Assembly (NCBI GenBank): GCA_043228905.1
Contig: JBHGNT010000012.1
Location: 7,192,001-7,256,000, forward strand
Reading direction: 5' to 3'
DNA from: Azolla caroliniana
Lineage: Eukaryota > Plantae > Polypodiophyta
DNA length: 64,000 nucleotides
The notes beneath the pieces are model-generated. The model saw nothing but the letters and a program-made list of their open reading frames with translations, had not been told where the DNA came from and did no database searches. A program made the translations under genes and the position numbers. Positions 1-10,378 of this stretch are shown here, one piece after another. Position 1 is the stretch's first letter, and every line of letters begins with the position of its first letter.

Positions 1-992
1 CAAGAACAAGGTATATCATCCAAAGGATAACGAATTTTCTTCTTAATATTAATTTTAATTTAAAGTACAAAGTTTTCTTTTTTTTTCCAAGAAAAATACC
101 CCCCATTGATCTTTTTCATTTCCTCTTTTATAGATGGCCTCATGCATTTGAGGGTTCAAGACATCCATAAAATGCATGTTTGTCATTTGGCGCTCATGTA
201 TTACATGTGGTGCATGATAACCATGTCACTCATTTTAGCTCTCATGTATGAGAATTTATATGTAAAAGTACAATGATAGAAATATAATTTTAGCTAAATA
301 TCTTGGCTTAGTGGTAAGCCAATTGACTTCTAACTTGGAGGTGCAAGGTTCGAATCCTTACTTTCCCTCCTTGTATATGTATATATGTATATATATTTAT
401 ATATTTATTTATCTAGTCGCTAGATGCCGTTGCCGGATGCTGCCGGTTACCGCCTCGCCAGCGCCGTCGCCGGTTGCCGATGGCTGCCCCCGGTTATCGG
501 TGGCCGCCGCCTCGCTGGTGCACCGCCGGATGTCGGTTCCAATGGCTCGCCAACTCCGTCGGATCACCGGTTGCTGGTGTGCCACCGTCGCTTTGCCGGT
601 TGCCGGTGGCCAAAACCTTTACGAGTGCTAGGCCACCTCCACTCTTAGTTCAAGTTACCTTGAACTCTATATGCTCTACACATAAACACAAAGATAATAG
701 CTTCTGCTCTACCTTATATATGATGAGAGCCGTATTTGTCGTGCCTATGTGGGATATCTCACAATTTTCTCTTTTCCTTTCACAAACTTTATACCCTCAT
801 ATTTTGACATCTAGTTGTCCGTTTCTCATGTAATAAAGTGCATTCGAAAGCTCTTGAAGGCCTCCATCATTTTGTAATTAGATATTAAACTTATTTAAAA
901 TGTTATTTTCACTATTGTTGTTTTATGTGATTCATACTTGATTTTGTACGTTTTATGTGATTTTCACACCATTGCCGAAAATCTTCACGACA
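1..992 (-). repeat. 3' LTR (partial)
   Basis: Near-identical to 14757-15718. Ends ...tcttcacgaca and is followed by the PPT complement tccacctccatc. Confidence 0.9.
304..357 (+). other. tRNA-like / tRNA-derived SINE-like head (A and B boxes) inside LTR
   Basis: A box TGGCTTAGTGG (304-314), B box GGTTCGAATCC (347-357), anticodon-loop-like GACTTCTAA. No convincing acceptor stem, so not called a tRNA gene. Confidence 0.55.
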
Positions 993-1703
993 TCCACCTC
1001 CATCAAACCGCATGTCCTCCGATACGTGCCAAGAAGAGAGAAAGTGAGATTTCGGAAATGGTGATCAACATGACTCCTCCACGTCGAGCATGTCCTTTCC
1101 TTTGCACTCGAATCATGGTTGCCAGCCAATCCACCATATCATTCGTCTTTTCTTTGCTTTACCATGACTTGTTGTCATGGCCCCTTGCTCCCTTCTTGAG
1201 TGTTTCCTTCGTGAGGATAATCGTTTAAGTCTCATAAATGTTCCACCTTTGTCTCGATCGTCTCCTTGCTCAAGGCACTTGGACTCATTCACAGTAGTGT
1301 CTTTGATAGATGTTTTGATCACATCCGTCAAATCCTCATGGCTCGCTTGGCCATCGCCATCCCTTGCCATATTTTGCGCAAATTCTTCGTTGCACACATA
1401 AGCTTTAACCCTTACTTCTTCCCCGTCATTATCCTTCTCTTGGGTCTTACATCGGTTAAAGCCCAAGTCTCCGGAAAGAGTGTGGAGGGACCCATACATT
1501 TCTGTCGTTTGCCTTTTTCGTGCCGCAGTTAGCCATTTCCATCTTAATGTTTCTTGAATCAGCATTGATCTTTGCTTCCTTGCCGTCGTTGCGCGAATTA
1601 GCATTGACCTTTGCTTCCTCGCCGCCAGGTTCCGCCTTTTGCTGCATGTATTAGTTTTAGCCTTCGGTTCTTCGCCATCACCTCCCGTCTCTTGGGTCTT
1701 ACA

Positions 1704-3245
1704 TCAGTTCTCGGATGCAATTGCCCAAGTCTTTGGAAAGAGTGTGGAGGAAATTTGGCCGTCGTCATTGTTTGTACTATCTTTGTCCTTCTCTTCCTTT
1801 TTGCCACCATCCGTCTCTCCGGTCTCACGTTGGTTTTCGGACACAACCGCCAAAGTCTCTAGAATTAGTGGGTTGGATTCCTTAGTATTACCTTCCTCCA
1901 TCATTTCTTCCATAGCCTCCTTCTCGGCTATCCCTTCATCATATACATCGACTTTGATCTTTGTTGTCTCTCCTCCATCTTCCGTCTCTTCGGTCTCACG
2001 TTGCCTTTCGATTGCAACCGCCAAAGTGTCTGGAGTTAGCAGTGGGAAAGTCTCAACAGGACCAATCGCCATTGACTCGTTCATAGCCCTCTCCGACTCG
2101 ATGTCGTTTTCCGTGGCTATCTCTTCAATCTCATGGGCCTCGCACCCATTGACTCTCTTGATTGAACAAGCTTCGATTATCCTTCTCTCTTTAGCTTCGA
2201 CCTCTGGTTCTTCGCCGCCACCTCCCGTCTCTTGGGTCTCACGTTGGTTAGCGGACGCAACTGCCCAAGTCTCTAGTATAGGTGCGGAGAAAATCTCGCC
2301 ATGGTCGTTGTCGACTCTTGTTTTCTTGCTCATAGCCACCTCCTCGATTTTAGTGGCTAGATCCTCTATCATGTCAATCTCGCACTCTTTATCTCCTTTA
2401 ATGCAAGCTTCGATTAGGCTTGCTCCTTCATCATTCTTTGTTTCGAACACGACGCATATTCTGAAACATTTGTCCTCCTTTGAAATGGTCGTCATCGTCC
2501 TCAACTCATCATCAATCTTCTTTTCATGTTGCATGCATTGTTTAGGCGTCTCTACTTCTTTGGATGGTTTTGCTTTCTCTATGATCGGCCTTACCAAGTC
2601 AATACCATCAAGCCATCGACGACGTCTATCGATCTTGCTGCATGCTTGCTTCACCACAACCCAGTCCGCCACAAGCCCGTTCGCTTGGGTATCATCTTCG
2701 AGGAGAGTCCCCAAATCTCTTCTATCCTTCATGTCCACAGCTTTTAAGAAGTATAAAGTCTTGCCCTCTTCAAGTAGCACTTGATCCGTGTTGGGGAGAC
2801 GTCTAAACATTTGGTCGAATTCGTCGTACACCCTCGAGGCGCTCATCTTCTTATTCTTCTTCTTTATCCACTTCATCAAGGCATGTCGAGTCATCCTTGT
2901 CGAGTCTTCAATCACGAACTCCGCTAATATCGTTTTCTCGAACTTGAACCATTTTGTCTTACCTTCTTGAAGTTCGATGACGCATCTTTGAACATTGTTG
3001 GCGACAACTCTCTTGAAGATTGCGATTTGACGTGCTTCGGACACGTCCCTCTGATTCATCTCCCTTCTATATGCATCAAGGAACTTCGGAACGTTCCTTC
3101 CATCGAATTGGCCCTCGAGCTCTACGACACGATCGACAGCCTTCTCCACGCTCGCGTCGTTGTCCCGAGATCTCATCATTTGCTCGACGATTAACATCAT
3201 CCTTTCGAGCTCTCCCGCTTGATTGCTTGAGGATGCCATCTCCAA
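1704..3245 (-). CDS. gag: Gag-like protein of non-autonomous gypsy element, with repetitive acidic C-terminal half
   Basis: 513-aa ORF right after the PBS. LEGQFDGRNVPKFL resembles a gypsy capsid N-terminus. Internal repeats ETxAVxxENQRETxETxGG. Confidence 0.65.
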   Translation of the reverse strand: MEMASSSNQAGELERMMLIVEQMMRSRDNDASVEKAVDRVVELEGQFDGRNVPKFLDAYRREMNQRDVSEARQIAIFKRVVANNVQRCVIELQEGKTKWFKFEKTILAEFVIEDSTRMTRHALMKWIKKKNKKMSASRVYDEFDQMFRRLPNTDQVLLEEGKTLYFLKAVDMKDRRDLGTLLEDDTQANGLVADWVVVKQACSKIDRRRRWLDGIDLVRPIIEKAKPSKEVETPKQCMQHEKKIDDELRTMTTISKEDKCFRICVVFETKNDEGASLIEACIKGDKECEIDMIEDLATKIEEVAMSKKTRVDNDHGEIFSAPILETWAVASANQRETQETGGGGEEPEVEAKERRIIEACSIKRVNGCEAHEIEEIATENDIESERAMNESMAIGPVETFPLLTPDTLAVAIERQRETEETEDGGETTKIKVDVYDEGIAEKEAMEEMMEEGNTKESNPLILETLAVVSENQRETGETDGGKKEEKDKDSTNNDDGQISSTLFPKTWAIASEN

Positions 3246-3286
3246 GTATTAGTTGATCCTCGACTTGATCCTTCCTAATGCCTCTT

Positions 3287-3303
3287 TCATGTCGGGTTCA
3301 CCA
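3287..3303 (-). promoter_or_regulatory. Primer binding site, tRNA-Trp type
   Basis: Minus strand TGGTGAACCCGACATGA. Matches the plant tRNA-Trp 3' end complement as I recall it (TGGTGAACCCGACGTGA) with one CpG-type change. Lies 8 nt from the LTR edge at 3312. Confidence 0.75.
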
Positions 3304-3511
3304 CTTAATTATGTCGTGAAGATCCATCACTATGCGCGGATCGTGAGGCGGAACCGCCGGGGTTCTGGACCGGAAGGACTCGAAGTAAGCGCAAGCTTTA
3401 GCGGGAAAGGAATTAAGATAGATTGAGATAAGATAGAACGCTTGATTTTAGATTGAGAGAGAGATTAAGAACTCTTGACTTTAGATTTCAAGAACAAGGT
3501 ATATCATCCAA

Positions 3512-3536
3512 GGGTGAAAGCATGCGAGTGGAAACA
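3512..3536 (+). repeat. Left terminal inverted repeat
   Basis: GGGTGAAAGCATGCGAGTGGAAACA. The reverse complement of 14732-14756 is GGGTAAAAGCATGCGAGTGGAAACA. Confidence 0.95.
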
Positions 3537-3865
3537 ATTAGCTATGTCCTTGACATAGCTAATTAGCTATGCAAAAAGCTACCATTGATAAATAGTCATT
3601 TTAGTAAAAAGCCATCATTAATAAATTAAGTATGCAAAAAACTACCATTGAAAATACTAGAGTGTTTTAATTACATATGTAAATGAGTGCCATAAATGTG
3701 CAACATAAATTGATGTGTGCACCATAAATGTGTACCATAAATTATATATCGAATTCCTAGGTCCATTATGCATGATCCTTTGCCACATCACGTAGGCCAT
3801 CTCTAGTTGAGTACTGTGGGTTAGTTGCTACCACTGTTGCTAAACCCTATCGAGTCCACCTGCCG

Positions 3866-4700
3866 CCACTCTACACTGAGGGGCCGCTACTGTGCGTTCC
3901 AAGCATCATCAAAGAGCTGCTCAATCTGACGGGGTTCTCTTCTCTGTGACACTCTACACTCAGGGGCCACTACTGTGCATTCCAAGCATCATCAAAGAGC
4001 TGTTCAATCTGACGGGGTTCTCTTCTCTGTGCCACTCTACACTCAGGGGCCATTACTTTGCGTTCCAAGCATCATCAAAGAGCTGTTCAATCTAAGGGGG
4101 TTCTCTTCTCTGTGCCACTCTACACTCAGGGGCCATTACTGTGCGTTCCAAGCATCATCAAAGAGCTGTTCAATCTGAGGGTTCCCTCTTCTCTGTGCCA
4201 CTCTACACTCAGGGGCCGCTGCTGTGCGTTCCAAGCATCATCAAAGAGCTGTTCAATCTGACGGGGTTCTCTTCTCTTTGCCACTCTACACTCAGGGGTT
4301 GCTACTGTGCGTTCCAAGCATCATCAAAGAGCTGTTCAATCTGACGGGGTTCTCTTCTCTTTGCCGCTACTGTGCGTTTCAAGCATCATTGGTAACTGTT
4401 CAATCTGACGGGGTTCTCTTCTCTTTTCCACTCTCACTCAGGGGCCGCTACTGTGCGTTTCAAGCATCATTGGTAACTGTTCAATCTGACGGGGTTCTCT
4501 TCTCTATGCCACTCTATTCTCAAGTGCCTTCTATGTGCGTTTCAAGCATCATCGGTAACTGTTCAATCTGACGGAGTTCTCTCCTCCATTGCCATCATTC
4601 TATACTCAGTTGCCACTACTGTCTAGTCCCGGATTGCTTCCACATTTCGATTTGACGGAGTTCACTCATCCAACGGCAACATTCTACACTCAGTTGTTGC
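3866..4700. repeat. 83-bp tandem repeat array upstream of transposase (about 5-6 well-conserved units, then shortened and decaying units)
   Basis: Unit ccactctacactcaggggcc...gttccaagcatcatcaaagagctgttcaatctgacggggttctcttctctgtg. The ORF track repeats at 3892, 3975, 4058, 4141 and 4224 (period 83). Confidence 0.9.
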
Positions 4701-4917
4701 CATTGGTCGGTCTTGGATCGCCTCCTCAACTGTTGGATCCAACAGAGTGAAATCCTCTACTGTTCGGTCTTGGATTGCAATAACTTTTCTGTCTATTGAT
4801 TATCTTGTGTATTGTTGTGTCTAATCTTGTGTATTGTGTGGAATATTTTTGTGTATTGTTGTTGCCCATAGCCATCTTTAATACTTGTTTTTTTTTCTGG
4901 AAATTTAGGGTTTTAAC

Positions 4918-7900
4918 ATGTCTAGCCAAATGGAAGGGGAAGAAGGGTGTTTAGAATTACCCCTCAATGATCATAAGGATAGGGATGATGTTATCAGGAC
5001 ACAACAAGCCATACGAAACTATTGGGCAGAAAAAAAAAGGAAACATCGTCAATTGTTGAAGGATACGAAAGCCACACTCAGTAAAGGTAAGGATAGTTTA
5101 GCTGAGAATGTAAGTAATGCGACTACCATCATAGAGAGAAAGGTTGTAGACTATTTCAATGTTCAAACCAAGCACATCAGCAATGAAGAAAAGAAGGTAG
5201 TACTTTATGGAATATGTAATGATCCATCGATAAAGGACTTAGTTGATTGTGATGGTCTTAATGCAAACATATCATCTATTTTAGTAAATAATCTTCGTAA
5301 TAGTTTCGTATCCATGAGCAGGTCAGAAGATGATCTTGTCTTAAAAAGGTCTAGTCTAATGATGTTACTTAATAGTGATGTTGACGATATAAACATCAGT
5401 GAGCTATCTAAGGTAATTGGTGTTAGTAGAAAAACAGTGTACAATACAATGAACCGTATAATTTCCTCGGGTGAAGGAACTAGTCTACTAAAGCTAACTA
5501 CAAGATGTAAGCCAATGACACCCATAACATTTGAAATCAAGGATGTAATCACAATGTTTTGGACTAATGAGAGTAGGGTTTCACCCAATAAAAAGGATTT
5601 ATGCCGGAAACGTGTTGGAAGAAATCAATACGAGGAGCATCCCATTCATCTTCTTGATGTACCTCAGGTATTTACATTTATCTCAACATTTGTTTTGACT
5701 CTACTCGGAAAGTTAATTAGCTCAGTTAGCAGAGAAGCTAATTAGCTTATCAGTTACATTTACCTCAGTTAGCTACTAGGATCGCTACTACATAGGTAAC
5801 TAGCTACTCTCAATAGTTACTACCATGATAGCTAATTAGCTATTCTCAATAGCTAATTTAGGTACTACCAGATAATTAGCTGTACTGCTAGCTAGTTAGC
5901 TATTTCGTTATTACCAGCTAATTAGCTACTAGGAAAGCTAATTAGCTACCATGATAGCTAATTAGCTACTATGATAGCTACTACATAGGTAACTGGCTAC
6001 TCTCAATAGCTACTACCATGATAGCTAATTAGTTAGGATAGCTAATTAGCCACCATTATAGCTAATTAGCTACTAGACCAGCTAATTAGCTACCATGATA
6101 GCTAATTAGTTACTAGGACAGCTAATTAGTTACTAGGACAGCTAATTAGCCACCGTGATAGCTAATTAGCTACCATGATAGCTAATTAGCTACTATACCA
6201 GCTAATTAGCTACCATGATAGCTAATTAGTTACTAGGAAAGCTAATCAGCCACCATTATAGCTAATTAGCTACTAGACCAGCTAATTAGCTACCACGATA
6301 GCTAATTAGCTACTAGACCAGCTAATTAGCTACCATGATAGCTAATTAGTTACTAGGAAAGCTAATTAGCCACCATGATAGCTAATTAGCTACTAGACAA
6401 GCTAATTAGCTACCATGATAGCTAATTAGTTACTAGGAAAGCTAATTAGCCACCATGATAGCTAATTAGCTACTAGAGCAGCTAATTAGCTACCATGATA
6501 GCTAATTAGCTACTAGGACAACTAATTAGCTACTAGGACAGCTAATTAGCTACCATGATAGCTAATTAGCTACTACGACAGCTAATTAGCTACCATGATA
6601 GCTAATTAGCTACTAGAATAGTTAATTAGCTACCATGATAGCTAATTAGCTACTACGACAACTAATTAGCTACCATGATAGCTAATTAGCTACTAGGACA
6701 ACCAATTAGCTACTAGGACAGCTAATTAGCTACCATGATAGCTAATTAGCTACTAGAATAGCTAACTAGCTACTAGAATAGCTAACTAGCTACTAGAATA
6801 GCTAATTAGCTATTAGGATAGTTAGCTAGTTACGAGAATAACTAATTCCCCTTTATTACGCAGGTCGATTTATTTATTAGGTTCAAACGAATGCATCCAA
6901 CTATCAAAGTTCAACTACGAACATTCGAGTCTCTTAAGCCACACTTTGTGAGACGCTTAAAGGATCGATACACATGTTGTTGCATTTACCATGTACAGAT
7001 GGGTTTTCTGAAGGACTCTGTTAATCTACTACGTCACCATAGCGCATCCCTAACTAATACAGTTTGCACATGTGGGTGCCCAATCTGTCAATCAAGCCCG
7101 CAAGAGGAGTGTAAATCATCTGAGCACGTTATCTCTTCCATGAGTTATTTATTAGATTCAATATTGTGTCCGAGAGAATCTGACGCTATCTTCCATATTC
7201 ATAAATGTGTCATGGGTTTATGTCAAGATTGTGGCCCTACTAGATTTAGGTGGTGTCCAAATGAATTGAGTAGTGAAATATTGATCTCTGTGAAGTTATT
7301 TGAGTCAGTGAACACCAATTTCGAAGGAAAGGTGTGTAAAAGAAAGGATCTAGTTCGGAAGATGCTTAAACCAAGGGATTTGGTGTCTCTGTTTGTAGTA
7401 TCTCTAGGAAAGTTCATTAAACACAACTTCATTTATTCATGGCAGGCCCATCAGTTTAAGACTTGCATATCTGATTTCCCAAATGATGTAGTAGTCTCAG
7501 TAGTAGATTTCGCAGAGAATTATACTTTCAAGCAGCAGAATGAAATTCAATCTATGCATTGGTGTTCAGTTCAGGTAACCATTTTTGTGCACATAACATA
7601 TTTTCGAGTTTCAGGTGATGTTAAAAAAGTAATTCATTTCTTTATTTCCGATGATAAGAAGCATGATACCTTGTTCGTCCAACACTGTTTTAAGTTACAT
7701 TGGCAGTGGTTATTAGCTCAACGTTTGGAGCTTACTCAACATTGGGTCTGGTCTGACGGAGCTGCGTCACAATTCAAGGCTCGACGTCCATTTTATTTTG
7801 TGGGGAGGTATCCTGCTATAACAGGTTTGGAGATGAGATGGAATTTTTTTGGGTCTGGCCATGGTAAAGGTGAACATGATGGTGCAGGGGCTGTTATAAA

Positions 7901-8705
7901 GCGGGCACTTACCCATGAACAACTAAAGACAGATGGTGTGCACATGAATTGTGCATCACATGTAGTTGAATTTTTAAGAACAAATATGTCGACGAGTGCC
8001 ACAGGTGTTTATTCCTCGCAAGTTCGAGATATCAAACGTGAATTTTGGGAAGTGAAGATAGATGAAGTAAATAGGGAGAAGACCTGGGAGTGCCAAGGAA
8101 TTCCCGAATTGCGATCTCTGCATGCTGTTCGCGGTTATTCCAGGTTGGATGGTCATTGTATTGCGGTTAGAGAATTGACTTGTTTTTGCTTCCATTGTGT
8201 GCAGGGAAATTGGAGATATTGTCTAAACAAAGCATACATTCAGAATTGGGAGTATCACACTCTGAATGATAAGGAAGCAGTTGATGGAGAAACAGGGCAG
8301 AATGCTGACTTCACATATGAGGGACTTGGAGATACTTTGAGTGATGTCCTGAACGTTGTGGATAACTTCGCTGTAAATGCTGAAGAAGGCAATTCAAAGG
8401 GTGCTGATTTCTATATATTAAAGTGCACGGTTAGTAAATAGTGTGCAAGGCAGAATATTGTAGATGCATGGGGAAATTTTGTATCTGCCGGGACATTCTA
8501 CATCGAAGGCATTTTTTATGCAAAACTAGATGACTACGAATATGTGTACAGGCTGTTAGAAGACAAACCAGCGGCATATATGTACTCTCATTTGGTCAGA
8601 TGCATCAACGTCCCAATGTCAGAATACAATAGCTGCTCCGGTTTATACACTGTTGGTGCTAATGTGTATGAATGTATTTACAATAGTATGCCATGGAATT
8701 TGTAG
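4918..8705 (+). CDS. Sola-type DDD transposase, 2 exons (4918-5667, 6864-8441; frame stays open to 8705 past an internal TAG)
   Basis: GT-AG intron 5668-6863 (CAG|GTATTT ... TTACGCAG|GTC) joins in frame: HLLDVPQ-VDLFIRFKRMHP. N-terminal HTH-like ISELSKVIGVSRKTVY. Cys/His motifs TCCCIYH and CVMGLCQDC. Acidic triad VVDFAENY / WSDGAASQFK / GHGKGEHDGAG. 775 aa to the TAG at 8439, or 863 aa if that stop is a lesion. Confidence 0.85.
5735..6848. repeat. Intronic array of palindrome (T)AGCTAATTAGCT(A), mostly 20-bp period
   Basis: Roughly 45-50 units such as gctaattagctaccatgata and gctaattagctactagacca. Fills the transposase intron. Confidence 0.95.
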
Positions 8706-9167
8706 CTACAAGTAGCACTTACCATGTTCTCTTGTAAAACAAACATGTATTTCGCGAAAACAGATCAATAAATTCGTTTGGAATCAATTTCTTGTATACA
8801 GTCTGCTTTCTGTGCTTCTTTCTCAATAAAATCATGTCTTTTTTGTTAAGTTTTAAGTTATAAGTTATAGCGAAATAGTCATCAGTAGCTAATTAGCTGT
8901 ACAAATGCAGCTAATTAGCTGTACAAATGTAGCTAATTAGTTGTCAATAGCTAAATAGTCATCAATAGAATGAAATCAACAATCTGCAACATATTCCTCA
9001 AATTACACAGTAGATAAGTACAGTGGGAACAAGTAATTAAATTCTTCATTGAATAATGTCATCTCTTTACATATTTATAAATTACCATTGGAAATGTCTA
9101 CAAATCTCCTATAAACAGCTAAGCTCTTGCTAGTCAGTGGAACGAGTCTACATATATTATCCGCATA

Positions 9168-10208
9168 TTAAGCTCGGTATGGAGTCCACAACCATGCACC
9201 TAGTTGGCAGCTCACTGTTTGCACCAGGTACTGTTCAGGCATTTCCTCGGGTAGAATGAGACAGCATCTCCGAATATTGAAGTAGTGTCGGAAATGTTCT
9301 GTATCCAAAATCAATGTATTGTCAGCATTATATTCAGGCCAAGTAGCCCAAAAATCAGAAAGTCTCTTGAATCTTGCAGCTTCCATCTGCTCACAATTTT
9401 CTCGTGCCCATTGACCTTTAAAACGACTTCGCCATTTTGGGAAGAATCTTGCCAAACACTTCCACACATCTGATTTTGGTTTTTCACTCCAAATAAACAA
9501 ATCAAAGTACTCCACAGCCCACTCTAGAAACTGATTTGCGTCCCTCCTTGGCTGCATATATCTCACACTCATCAAGACTTTATCCAGCTCCAAGATCAAG
9601 GCTCTTCTTTCGACTTCTAGTGGTTTAGGTTTCCATTCCTGAAACTGAGCCGCTGTTACACCATTTTCTGGTAGGATACGATCAATCTCAATCAGCTCAG
9701 GTTCGGCTGACACAACTGGTGCCCTTTTCCTCTTTAAACCCCTAGTCGACTGTGTTGGGCCTAGCTTCACATTCTGGTGCTCTTGTTTTGTCGACTTAGT
9801 TATCAATCCTTGGATTACCTCAGTGCATGTAGCTACTGTTCTGCTCGATATCAGTCCACTGGTATCACATGCTGCATCTACCTGCAACACCAAGTCATCC
9901 GTGCTACATGCTGCATCTACCTGCAACACCAAGTCATCCGTGCTACATGTTGCATCTACCTGCAACACCAAGTCATCCATGCTACATGCTTGATCAACTT
10001 GTGTGACCAGATCACTTGTGTCAGTTGCTACATCTACTTTCAAGATGGGGCCCTTTAAACATGCCGCAACATCAACAGTATCCACACTGCCATTGGCCTT
10101 ACGAGCAATAGAATCAAACCCTTTAGACTCTGCAACATCAGAAAACACCAACATATTCACACTCACAAAGTAACTAATAGTCTCACAAAACAATATCCTG
10201 AACATCAA
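9168..10208 (-). CDS. Cargo ORF with C-terminal FCP1/NIF-like HAD phosphatase domain, catalytic motif degenerate; true 5' end or splicing unresolved
   Basis: ALILELDKVL...PRRDANQFLEWAVEYFDLFIWS...KRLSDFW..WPEYNADNTLILD follows the NIF pattern LxLDLDxTL..RP..EFL..F-v-iWS..KdL..YnxxNTLLLDD. The N-terminal part has 13-aa repeats and a basic KRKR patch. Confidence 0.7.
   Translation of the reverse strand: MMFRILFCETISYFVSVNMLVFSDVAESKGFDSIARKANGSVDTVDVAACLKGPILKVDVATDTSDLVTQVDQACSMDDLVLQVDATCSTDDLVLQVDAACSTDDLVLQVDAACDTSGLISSRTVATCTEVIQGLITKSTKQEHQNVKLGPTQSTRGLKRKRAPVVSAEPELIEIDRILPENGVTAAQFQEWKPKPLEVERRALILELDKVLMSVRYMQPRRDANQFLEWAVEYFDLFIWSEKPKSDVWKCLARFFPKWRSRFKGQWARENCEQMEAARFKRLSDFWATWPEYNADNTLILDTEHFRHYFNIRRCCLILPEEMPEQYLVQTVSCQLGAWLWTPYRA
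9860..10040. repeat. 39-bp in-frame coding tandem repeat (DDLVLQVDAACST)
   Basis: Three clear copies of acatgctgcatctacctgcaacaccaagtcatccgtgct plus degenerate flanking copies. Confidence 0.85.
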
Positions 10209-10378
10209 AGAGTTTCAGTCATAGAACAACACTCTTCAAATTATCTTGGAAAAACATCATAGAGTTCCATTACATAATGTGGATCAAGCAACAACCAATC
10301 TGAGGTTTTACTTGTCCAACAGGATAGTAAAACTTCATAAAACCCTAGCAAAATCCCTAAGCTAACAATCATATCCAA

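Noticed and set aside
304-357. Functional tRNA-Arg gene
   Set aside because: The A and B boxes are present, but I cannot form convincing acceptor and anticodon stems; treated as tRNA-derived.
1639-2784. 381-aa Ser-rich plus-strand ORF
   Set aside because: Antisense shadow of the Glu-rich gag-like ORF.
3892-4571. Series of 67-aa ORFs
   Set aside because: By-products of the 83-bp tandem repeat shifting frame each unit.
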